Positions 51,090 through 62,020 of a stretch of 64,000 bases of DNA are shown in pieces. The notes beneath the pieces are model-generated. The model saw only the letters and a program-made list of their open reading frames with translations, made no database searches and had not been told where the DNA came from. The position numbers and the translations under genes were made by a program. Each line of letters begins with the position of its first letter. Position 1 is the stretch's first letter. The DNA comes from Octopus bimaculoides (taxonomy: Eukaryota): the NCBI RefSeq assembly GCF_001194135.2, contig NC_068991.1:54400950-54464949 (forward strand), in the 5' to 3' direction.

Positions 51090-52520
51090 AGTGAAAAGAA
51101 AGAGTTGTAAGAGCACTTGTGTGAGAGAGGTTGTTGAAGTAGAAGACTGAATGGAAGAAAGATGAGAATTAGCCACAGTAGAGCCAATAGCTAATAATAC
51201 TGACAACTAAATAATTGAAAAGATTGTTAAGAGAAACCAGCCTGATCATCAAGGATGGTTGCTGCAATAATAAGAGCATCCTGTGATGTAAGAATGCAAC
51301 TTTATCACTTGTTTAGTTATTGTCAGAGAATAGGAAAAGAGGTCATATCCAGAGACTGGTATATGTATATCATCATCAGTTGTCATAATGGTACAGGAGA
51401 CACTCTGAAAGAATTCACTACCGAGGTATCAAATTGATGTATCAAATTATGGAAGTAAAAGAAAAGCTACAATTAATTAGGAAGAAAATTAAGAGAGATG
51501 AGGTAAAATTTAGATTTGTTCCAGAACACAGTAATATTGATGCTCTCTTTCTTGTGAGCACAGAGCAAACCACATCACCTCATATTCATTAAACCAGAAC
51601 TCTTTGACAAGATATACTTTGTAATTGATGTTAAGAGAACCAGATGTAGATGAATGGTTTGTGAAAGCCATGCATGCTATGTACATGGATGTTGTCAGCA
51701 AGATGAGAGTGAGTTAACACAGTGACAGGTGTCCATTAGAGCTTTGCTCGCAACACCCCTCCTGTTTACAATAATTTTAACATTATTATAGTTCTCTAGG
51801 CCATAACAGAAAAATTTTAAATGCATGACAATGGAACTTCTGTATATTGTCAATCTAGTTTTAAAAGCTGGATTTATCAAAGAATTAGAGAAATTCCAAA
51901 ATCTGGGTGCAAAACTTTAAATTAAAAAGTCTTAATGTAAACCAAACTAGAAAGGAAGTTTCAGTCAGCTGAAAAAGGGACAGGAATCTACTGTCATTTG
52001 TAANNNNNNNNNNNNNNNNNNNNNNNNNNNNNNNNNNNNNNNNNNNNNNNNNNNNNNNNNNNNNNNNNNNNNNNNNNNNNNNNNNNNNNNNNNNNNNNNN
52101 NNNNNNNNNNNNNNNNNNNNNNNNNNNNNNNNNNNNNNNNNNNNNNNNNNNNNNNNNNNNNNNNNNNNNNNNNNNNNNNNNNNNNNNNNNNNNNNAATAT
52201 GTAGAATATGAGCTGGTAGGAATTTCATACCCAACGAACCCAATGTAAATTATTGCTGCACAAGAGATGCAGTGGAATTTCAGAGAGGCTGACAGAGAAG
52301 ACAGATTTAATATGTAGCCACTGCACAAGAATAGTTAGCAGTAAGAGAAACTATAAAGTCTTTCAAATGCTTAGGGAGGGGTTTCCATGAAATCAGCTGA
52401 TAGCTTCTGTTACCATGATAACCTAATTAGAAGTACAGGAGAAGATTGTATTCTACCGTGTCGATGCAGTCGATATGCCTGAAAAAGAAATGTGAAACTT
52501 CTCAGCAAAACATTGTTAGG
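51090..52520 (+). mobile_element. RTE LINE RT region, decayed, spanning the gap 52004-52196; includes a Cys/His finger segment
   Basis: HYRGIKL, FVP..S.IDALFLV, EW.VKA.HAMY..VVSKMRV, then IC...TQCKLLLHKRCSGISERLTEKTDLICSHCT and ADSFCY. Confidence 0.7.
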
Positions 52521-53272
52521 CGCTCTGCTATTTATGGCTCAGTAAATTTTATCAGAAATACTCAGTGCACTCTGTGTGTGTGTGTGTGTGTGCGTGTGTG
52601 CATGTGAGTGTATGTGCGTGCATGCGTGCGCATGTATGTATGTGTGTGTTTAAATAAATCAAGAAGACTACAGCTCAGTAAAGTGCACAATACATTATAA
52701 ATGTAAAATTTAGAGTGTGTGTGTATGTGTATATATATATATATATATATNNNNNNNNNNNNNNNNNNNNNNNNNNNNNNNNNNNNNNNNNNNNNNNNNN
52801 NNNNNNNNNNNNNNNNNNNNNNNNNNNNNNNNNNNNNNNNNNNNNNNNNNNNNNNNNNNNNNNNNNNNNNNNNNNNNNNNNNNNNNNNNNNNNNNNNNNN
52901 NNNNNNNNNNNNNNNNNNNNNNNNNNNNNNNNNNNNNNNNNNNNNNNNNNNNNNNNNNNNNNNNNNNNNNNNNNNNNNNNNNNNNNNNNNNNNNNNNNNN
53001 NNNNNNNNNNNNNNNNNNNNNNNNNNNNNNNNNNNNNNNNNNNNNNNNNNNNNNNNNNNNNNNNNNNNNNNNNNNNNNNNNNNNNNNNNNNNNNNNNNNN
53101 NNNNNNNNNNNNNNNNNNNNNNNNNNNNNNNNNNNNNNNNNNNNNNNNNNNNNNNNNNNNNNNNNNNNNNNNNNNNNNNNNNNNNNNNNNNNNNNNNNNN
53201 NNNNNNNNNNNNNNNNNNNNNNNNNNNNNNNNNNNNNNNNNNNNNNNNNNNNNNNNNNNNNNNNNNNNNNNN

Positions 53273-53316
<44 letters not shown>

Positions 53317-54542
53317 CATTAATATCTAACAATGAGAATGAGTGCTCAACACTAGGTTAGTGGATAAAAAGTAATTTATTTATGAGTTAAGGCTATCATT
53401 GGTTTCACGTTAAGAGAAATCCTTTAACAATTATCAAGCCTGCGAAATGTAGCATTAGTGTTGTCGCCATCTTGGATTAATCCAGGATGGAGATGAACAC
53501 TATTATTTCTTGAAGATGAACACTGCTATTTCTTGCTGTTTGAATAACCTCAAACAAGCTCTGTCATAGACTCATGAACTTCAAATCTACTTTTCTGTGG
53601 AAATGGTTCCACTGAGTTCATTTTGCAAAAACAAAAAGTTTACAAAAGTGTTTTTATTTTACTCCAATCCCTGGTGGTGCTACCACGTAAAAAGCACTGG
53701 TAATGGTGTCACATAAAAAGCACTGGTGCCAATGCTACATCAAAAGCACCCAGCACACTCTGTAAAGTAGTTGCCATTGAGATAGGCATCCAGCTGTTGA
53801 AACCATGCCATAACAGACGATGGAATATGATGCAACCCATGCCAGCGTGGAAAACAGACGTTAAATGGTGATGATGTAATACAAAGTATACCACAGTGTT
53901 GTCATACATCACTGATCACAATGCGTTTCTTTGCATTGTTATACCTTTTGAATAATTTCCACTCTACTGTCTTGCTGGGCAACCCAAAATAAAGTTTTAT
54001 GTATGTATGTATATATGTATACATATATATGTGTGTGTGTGTGTGTAAGGTAAAAACCCCCTTCGGTCATGAATGACCATGCGATTACACCTAGAAAGTT
54101 ACCTTCTGAGGCACAAGTCTGGACAATGTTGTTTATGAAAGACCAGCAGTCACCCATACATACTAGCCTCCATTTTCTATGCCACCAATTTTATTCAAGG
54201 GAAGGACAAAGGCTGATACAGCTTTGCACCAGTTACGTTGCAACTCATTTCTACTGTTGAATTGGAGCGGCATGAAATAAAGTGTCTTGCTCAAGAACAC
54301 AACACACAGCCCAGTCTGGGAATTGAACTCACTACCTCATGATTGTGAAGACTGGAGTTGCTGCTATTACATTTATTTTATTCCATAGTTTGCAATTGTT
54401 TCAGCAAAATATGGTTGGCAAATCAAACATCAAGTATACAGATCAGAACAATGATACACTCATGTCCATTATGTAATGTATATTACATTATAACTTCCTC
54501 AATCATTTAATCATAACTGAATGAACAAATAAAATAAATTTC

Positions 54543-54585
<43 letters not shown>

Positions 54586-54595
54586 NNNNNNNNNN

Positions 54596-54634
<39 letters not shown>

Positions 54635-55914
54635 TTATTATGCTTATATATTTCCTGCACTCTGCTTTTATTTTGAATGATTACATTGCTGCAGTTTGGT
54701 GTGTAGCAGCTTAAAAGGGTTAAATTTGGGATTTGGATGATGAGATTTAGTTTAGTTCCTTTTAGAATAATAATGTGAATGTCATCATTTGACAATGAGT
54801 TTTTAGTTCCATAAGTTTTGTAGATTTTTAGTATTATATTGCAATATAATAGTTTTATTTTTCTGTTTTTCTTTATGGTGTTTCATAGGTGTTTTGTTTC
54901 TATTAGTTACTTTGGTGGTTGCTGTCATACATTTTATGTGTGAAATGTCTTTGTTTATATTTATTGTCTAAATTGTATGTCGGACTAGGAACCTAAAATG
55001 GGGAATAATGGTGGCAGTTACAGCTTTTGTTATTATTGTTTTTGCTGCAATTTTGGTTTGTTTTTGTGAGTTTTTGTTTTGATGTTTTGTCCTGGATTTA
55101 CATATTTGTGTGTAAGTCTATTGTTGAAGTGTTTCTTATCTTCCTGACTATTCTATTTCTTGTTTGACATTGTACAGAGCTGTCACTTCAAGCTTGTTTC
55201 CAGGCTTAATTTCCAACTGCATGATTTTTGCTGTTCATTGTTATGGCTTTCTGTGACAAATCTTCATTTATAGGTGCAGATGTGGCTGTGTGTTAAAGAA
55301 GCTCACTTTGCAACCTTGTGGTTTTGGGTTCAGTCCCACTGCGCAGCACCATGGGCAAGTGTCTTTTATAAATCAGTCAGGAGGATTTCTTTTGTAAGAA
55401 GCCCCAGGCTGACCAATGCCTAGTAAGTAAAATTGGTAAATGGAAATTATGTGAAAGTCTGTTGTATATATGTGTGCATCTGTATGTATATATATTTGTG
55501 TTCGTCCCCCCCCCCTCACCACCACCACTCAAAAACTCCTGTTGGTTTGTTTTCATCCACATTACTTGGTGGTCTGGCAAAAGAGACCATTAGAATAAGA
55601 ATCAGACTTAAAAAAGTAATTACTGGGGTTGATTTGAACCCAGAGTCACAATGTTAAGTGCTTGGTCATAGAAAGGGTATCCAACTACAAAGGCATGCCA
55701 CAAGAGGAAAGAGCATATAAAGGAGTTATGGACCTGCAAACGAAACGATCTATGGAAGGCCTTAACTTGATAAAATAAGTGCTAAATAACCAATAATTGT
55801 TTATAATTGAGTCTTTGTGAATCAGTCAGGGGAATTTCTTTTGTAAGAAACCTAGTTTGTTTGTGCATTTAGCAGAAACACCATGTTAAAAGTGTGTGTG
55901 CGTGTGTGTGTGTG

Positions 55915-56010
55915 TGTGTTAAATAAAATGAGACAACAAAACCAAGGCTGTGTAGAATTTATATAAATTCCCCACAGGCTTGGTTTTGTTGTCTCATTTT
56001 ATTTAACATA
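55915..56010. repeat. 96 bp near-perfect palindrome
   Basis: 48 bp arms, 4 mismatches, no spacer (centre gaatttat/ataaattc). Confidence 0.95.
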
Positions 56011-56175
56011 TACAGGCTCACACAAGACCTGCATTAGACTCCTCACTCGTATTATCGAACCAAGAGTCTAATTACAGCTCTTCCATAACACTTACATAGC
56101 CTTACCTGTCATCTTGGGTCTTCTGAATACCAATACCTCTCATATCGTCGCTATATATATATATATATATATATA

Positions 56176-56396
56176 TATTCATTTAAAATGCAGAGATGCC
56201 TATACTAGGACATCTACTTGCTAGAAATAGCAGCAAAAGACTATATACCACAAAAATTAAGGATAATTTCGAAAGGAAATGAAAAATAAAAACTTCCTTT
56301 CGAAATTATCCCTAATTTTTGTGGTATATAGTCTTTTGCTGCTATTTCTAGCGAGTAGATGTCCTATTATAGGCATCTCTGCATTTTAAATGAATA
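56176..56396. repeat. Fold-back inverted repeat, 103 bp arms, 15 nt loop
   Basis: 56176-56278 versus the reverse complement of 56294-56396: 3 mismatches. Confidence 0.97.
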
Positions 56397-57048
56397 ATAC
56401 ATAGTCTATTGACTGTTTTTTTACTCTCGCTAGACCACTGGTGGTAAATAAAATTTCTAAAATTTTTTTGCTACCCTATAATTTATTAATATATATATCC
56501 TTTAAGTTCGTTTATGTGAAAGATTTTTGAGTGTGCTCATAAAAAGCTCTTACGTTATTTATTCCAGCTACTGCTTATTGTTCTCATCTTCCACAGTAAT
56601 TTTTATGGGGTAGCTATTAGTTTGGTACCACTATAACATAGGGTAAATATAGTAATAACAAGAACTTTTGGATGGAAATTCATAAATCCTTGATGTACAT
56701 GTGTGTGTGTGTGTGTGTGTGAAGGTATGTGGCTAAGTGGTTAGGGCATTCAGCTCAAGCTTGTGAGGTCATGAGTTCAATACCTGGTGGTACATTGTGT
56801 CCTTGAGCAAGACACTTCATTTCACTTTGTTCCAGTCCACTCAGCTGCCAAAAATGAGTTTTACCAGTATTTCAAAGGGTCAGTCTTGTCACATTCTGTG
56901 TCACACTGAATATCCCTCAAAACTGCATCAAGAATATGCATGTCTGTAGAGTGCACTGCCAATTTCAGGAGCAGGCTGTTTCATTGATTGGATCAACTGG
57001 AATGTTCATTGTCATAACTGATGGAATACCAGTTATATATATATATAA

Positions 57049-57230
57049 ATATTTGTTTAAGAGGACAACAAATGCTAAGGCAAGACAAACATTTCAAATT
57101 ATATACGTTATTATTATTAAAAAATTTAAAGCCTTACAGCCATAAGACTTTAAATTTTTTAGTAATAATAATGCATATGACTTGAAATGTTTGTCTTGCC
57201 TTAGCGTTTGTTGTCCCCTTTAACGAATAT
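57049..57230. repeat. Fold-back inverted repeat, 88 bp arms, 6 nt loop
   Basis: 57049-57136 versus the reverse complement of 57143-57230: 10 mismatches, 9 of them transitions. Confidence 0.95.
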
Positions 57231-57369
57231 ATATCTGCTATATTAGAAATCTACAATGGTTCCATAACTCGCATCTCGGCTCTGAGCTTGGAGCCCTGGT
57301 AATCTGTTATAGCACTTTCCCAGCATAGCTAGTCGTTTAGATCACTTGTGAACTAAAACCCCATATTTT

Positions 57370-57675
57370 GTATAGATAGATAGAAAGATACATTTCTTTT
57401 ATTAGCCACACAGGGCTCAACAAAGATGGGACAAATACAATGTAGAGCTTTTCTTTTTGGGAGGGGGAAGGGAAAAAAAAAACTAGGGGTGTGTTGATCA
57501 AAAGGGATCGTAGGAAGGGAAAAAGGGGGGAGTTCGATCAAAAGGGATCGAGGAAAAAAAAAAAAAAAAAGCGATCAATAGGGATCGTGTATCACAGTAA
57601 TGTTCTCATGTAAAAAGAGGGGAGGACAGTTTAGGTTTAGCCGTGGAAAGAAAAGCCTACGGAAAAGACCACGGT
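57370..57675 (-). mobile_element. 3' end of a non-LTR retroelement (L1/Tx1-like, unclassified)
   Basis: Minus strand runs ...RGLFRRLF.. into a UTR with three cgatcc(c)t(t/a)ttgatc units, aataaaagaaat and a (TATC)n tail; CpG-rich. Confidence 0.45.
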
Positions 57676-58229
57676 AGACAGACAATGGTTTCAAATTTTG
57701 GCACAGGTCAGCAGATTTTGAGAGAATGGGCAAGTTGATCACATCAGTTCCAGTACTTGATTGGTACCTATTTTGTTGACCAAGAAAGGACGAAAGGCAA
57801 AGTCAATCTCTGCAGAGTTTGAGCTTAGAATATAAAAATGGATGAAATGCTGCTAAGCATTTGTAGGCATGCTAACAGTTCTGCCAGCTGACAACCTCTT
57901 AGATAGAAAGATAATGAAAATGGATGAACAAACTATTTACCACACAAGAAAAATCACACAGATGAATATAACCACAATCTATCACTCATCAGTTGTCAAC
58001 CTAATATCACAATTTTAAATGTTTCAACAATATTGTTCAATTTAGCAAAGCTGCAATGGCAACTGCTGCAAATATAGACAATCAGATATGATAGATTTCG
58101 GAGGACAGAGAAAATTGAGGAAAGGATGGAAAAAAAGTTTTGGAAACTATGGTAAATATATGTATATGTGTGTGTGTCTGTGCAGGTAAGTATTTATGTG
58201 TGTGTGTTATATATTGTTGGGTATATGAA

Positions 58230-58545
58230 GGGGAAAAGAAGAACTCAATACATGAATTAGAGGTTATTCATTCAAAACTAAAAAGTTTGATTCCTGGATC
58301 AGGCTGTATGTTGTGTTCTTGAGTAAGACACTTTATTTCATGTTGCTCCAGTTCACTCAGCTGTAGAAATGAGTTGTGGCATTACTGGTGCCAGGCTGTA
58401 TCTTCCTTTGTTTTTCCCTTGAATAATGTCGGTGGTGTGGAGAGGGGAGGCTGGTATGCATGGCCTCCCATAAACAACCTTGTCCGGACTCGTGCCTCCA
58501 AGGGGAACTTTCTAGGTGCAATTCCATGGTCATTCTATCAGTCAT
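58230..58545 (+). mobile_element. SINE family D (tRNA head, ttgagcaagacactt block, ccagttcactcagctg)
   Basis: Family members at about 11360-11600(+), 21636-21735(+), 22255-22490(-), 26985-27150(+), 27690-27935(-), 31160-31420(+), 54050-54345(-), 56720-57030(+); two alternative 3' bodies. Confidence 0.8.
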
Positions 58546-59559
58546 TTTGGGAAACCTATCTTAAATCATATACCAACAGAGCTCAATAATATATAATGTA
58601 TTTTGGTGTTAATGCTTATGTGTAGACTTGTTAAAAATTAAGATTAGACATGATTTGCAGCCAATAGCTCTTATGGTAGTGAGAATGAGGAAATATTGAT
58701 TGGAGCTGTTTGCTAAGGTGTCAGTGTGTGATTAGAACAATTTGGATTATATTATACAAGTGCTTCTCCTCATATTTCCATGGAAACATATACTGAGAAG
58801 TGGGTTTTGTAGCTGTGTGCAAGTCTATGCATGTGTATATGTATGTATGCATGTGTGTATGTATGTGCGTGTGTTTGTATGTATTTANNNNNNNNNNTAT
58901 ATATATAAGTATTCATTCTCTTATGTTTATCTGTTGTAAACATTGCATCAATATTAGTTATTTTTGTTATTATTTATTGTTATTTTGGCCCAGGGAAGGC
59001 AGTGAGTTGGCAGAATTGTTAGTCCATTGGACAGAATGCTTAGTGTAATTTCTTTCAGTTCTCTATGTTCTGAGTTAAAATCATACCAAAGTCAATTTTG
59101 CCTTTCATGAAAAAGAAGAACAACTCAAGTACTGGACTTGATGAAATCATTTACCCCATCCACCTTGCCTAAAATTGCTGAACTCAGGCCAAAATCTGAA
59201 ATGATTATTTAGGTCCAAGTTAGACATAATGGGGCAGATGTCTAATCAAATGTGTTCCAACCATCATCTTCTATTCTTCTTTCTCAGACATTTTATATCT
59301 AGCATTCCATGGTGCAGCTAGATCATGTGCCAACCAGGATAGCTCTTGAGTTTGCTGCACCACCACCATGTTCCTTTATACAGGTTGATACAGCAGACCC
59401 AAAAGTGCCACCCGATTGCCTTCACCTCCAGCTATATTAAAATGGTAGGATGCGATTTAAGTAAAATTTGATTTGTTTCTACAAGTTTGAGTGTCCACAT
59501 AAAGGATTCTATTGTTTCTTAAGAGTGGGTTTAGATGTTAATATTCTGAATTCATCTTC

Positions 59560-59686
59560 TACTAAAGCCGACTTTGCCTTTCATCTTTTCAGAGTTGATA
59601 AAATAAGTACAAGTTAAGCACTGGAGTCAATGTAATCAACTAACATTTTCCCCCTAATTTCAAGCCTTGTGCCTATAGTAGAAAGG

Positions 59687-59719
<33 letters not shown>

Positions 59720-60142
59720 TTTATTTAAGGTGGTGAGCTGGCAGAATCATTAGCATGCTGAGCGAAATGCTTAGCGGTATTTCGTCTGCTGTTACGTTCT
59801 GAGTTCAAATTCCGCCGAGGTCGACTTTGCTTTTCATCCTTTCGGGGTCGATAAATTAAGTACCAGTTACACACTGGTGTCGATGTAATCGACTTAATCC
59901 GTTCGTCTGTCCTTGTTTGTTCCCTCTATGTTTAGCCCCTTGTGGGCAATAAAGAAATAAGTATTTTGTCTCCCGCTACGTTTTGAGTTCAAATTCTGCT
60001 GAGGTCAACTTTGCTTTTCATCCTTTCAAAGTCGATTAAATAAGTATCAGTTACACACTGGGGTTGGTGTAATTGATTTAATCCCTTCCCCCAAATTTGA
60101 GGCCTTGTGCTTCCAGCAGAAAGGATTATTATTATTATTATG

Positions 60143-60192
<50 letters not shown>

Positions 60193-60440
60193 CATCATCA
60201 TCATCATTATTTAAGGTGGCGAGCAGGCTAAATCATTAGCATGCTGGACGAAATGTTTAGCGGTATTTCACCCATCACTGTGTTCTGAGTTTAAATTCCA
60301 CTGAAGTTGACTTTGCTTTTCATGTGCTTGGGGTCGATAAAATAAGTACCAGTTGAACACTAGGGTCGATGTAATTGACTCATCCTCTCCTCCAAAATGG
60401 TCACCCTTGCGACAAAATTTGAAACCATTATTATTATCAT
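59560..60440 (+). mobile_element. Chain of SINE family C units linked by (TTA)n tails; includes a CpG-rich young copy (59725-60120)
   Basis: gttctgagttcaaattccgccgaggtcgactttgc retains its CpGs; (TTA)n at 59688-59720 and 60127-60190. Confidence 0.85.
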
Positions 60441-60795
60441 TATTTCTAGTGAATCTGTGATATATTGGGCACATTTATGGCTTTTGAATATAAGTAGTTA
60501 CTCTTGAAACAATCTATTTCATAATTTTTCACAAGCTTACTCTAATACACTAAAATAGATTTAGAAATATTGCAAAAAGCACTGGTGATGGTGCCACATA
60601 AAAAGTACTGGTGAGGGTGTCACTCTGTAAAGTGGTGGGCATTAGGAGGGGCATTAAGCTATAGAAACCATACAAAACAGACTATGGGACCTGGTGCAGG
60701 TCCTGGCTTTGCCAGCTCCTGTCAAACTTTCTAATCCATGCCAGCATGGAAAATGGACATTAAATGATGATGACGATGACGACGACGACGATGAC

Positions 60796-60835
<40 letters not shown>

Positions 60836-60879
60836 CAACAAATGCCAAACAAATGGCAGGAAAAAACTAAATTGTTGAA

Positions 60880-61320
60880 GAAAAAGCCAGAAACACAAAG
60901 TATAGAAGTCAACATGATGAAGTAAAACACACAAGCTAGGAGCAGAGGACAGCAAATCTGAGAAGCTTCTGGAAAGTAATATCACTCAAAATGTAAGAAG
61001 TGGGGGTCAGTAGGAATGGTAATTTATGTAGTTGCTGTAATTGATAGGCAGAAGCCACCACCATAAAATCTCTGGCAGACTGTCAGGAAAGTAGAACCAG
61101 ATGCACTGGAATATTTATAAGTGAATGAAATGAAGAGCATGGGCTGTTAAGATATTCTTACAAGAATTAGTAGATCGGTTCTGTTATTTAGATGATGGAA
61201 CTAGTGTCGGAATTGGTTCCTTTGATCATGGTTAAGTTGTAAACTAGATTAAAAATGATTAAAAAGCTGTTACTTTGTTGGAAACAAAAGGTTTCTCTCT
61301 CCCTCTCTCTATCTATCTCT

Positions 61321-61354
<34 letters not shown>

Positions 61355-61694
61355 ATCTTTCTAATTGTCTGTCTAGTTATCTATCTGTCTTGTCTATCTT
61401 TGTAGTTGTCTCTATTTATCTGTCTATCTTCCTGTATACCTACCTATCTACCTCTCTATCTATAACTATATCTATACCTCTCTATCTCTTTGTCTACTTA
61501 TCTATCTATCTCTTTTTCTCTCCTCTTTCTCTCTCTCTCTCTACATCTATCTCTTTATCTATCTCATCTATCTATTTGTCTGTCTTCTTATATACCTACC
61601 TATCTACCTCTCTATCTACCAATCTTTCTCTCTCTCTCTCTCTCTCTCTCTGATTATCTCTCTCTGTCTATTTATATATATAAATGAATAGAAA

Positions 61695-61771
<77 letters not shown>

Positions 61772-62020
61772 TGTGTGTAAATAATGTAAAAGCTGTGACA
61801 TGGTCATGCAACATGAGATGTGGTAAAATATGGGGCATGAATCTACGTGTAATACAGTTAAGGAATGAAAACAGTGTAGTCATTTGTGTATGTGTGTGTA
61901 TGTGTAATGCTAGGTTTATGAGAGAGGCTGAGTGCAAGCAAGCTGAGAATGTGGTTAGGCAGTAGAGATATTGGTTGATGATTGCAGAAGATATTTAGCA
62001 TCAAAGTCAGTAGTAGTTAA
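60880..62020 (+). mobile_element. RTE LINE remnant interrupted by microsatellites
   Basis: LVDRFCYLDDG at about 61170; after the (TC)/(TATC)/(AT) block: MQH..KIWG....RNENS...MCN.....LSAS.LR..LG.R.I. Confidence 0.5.
61290..61790. repeat. Compound low-complexity block: (TC)n, (CA)n, (TATC)-rich, (AT)n
   Basis: Read directly. Many further (AT)n, (TG)n, (GA)n and (GAT)n tracts occur throughout, e.g. 12585-12658, 34545-34625, 36990-37075, 38960-39220, 63680-64000. Confidence 0.95.
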
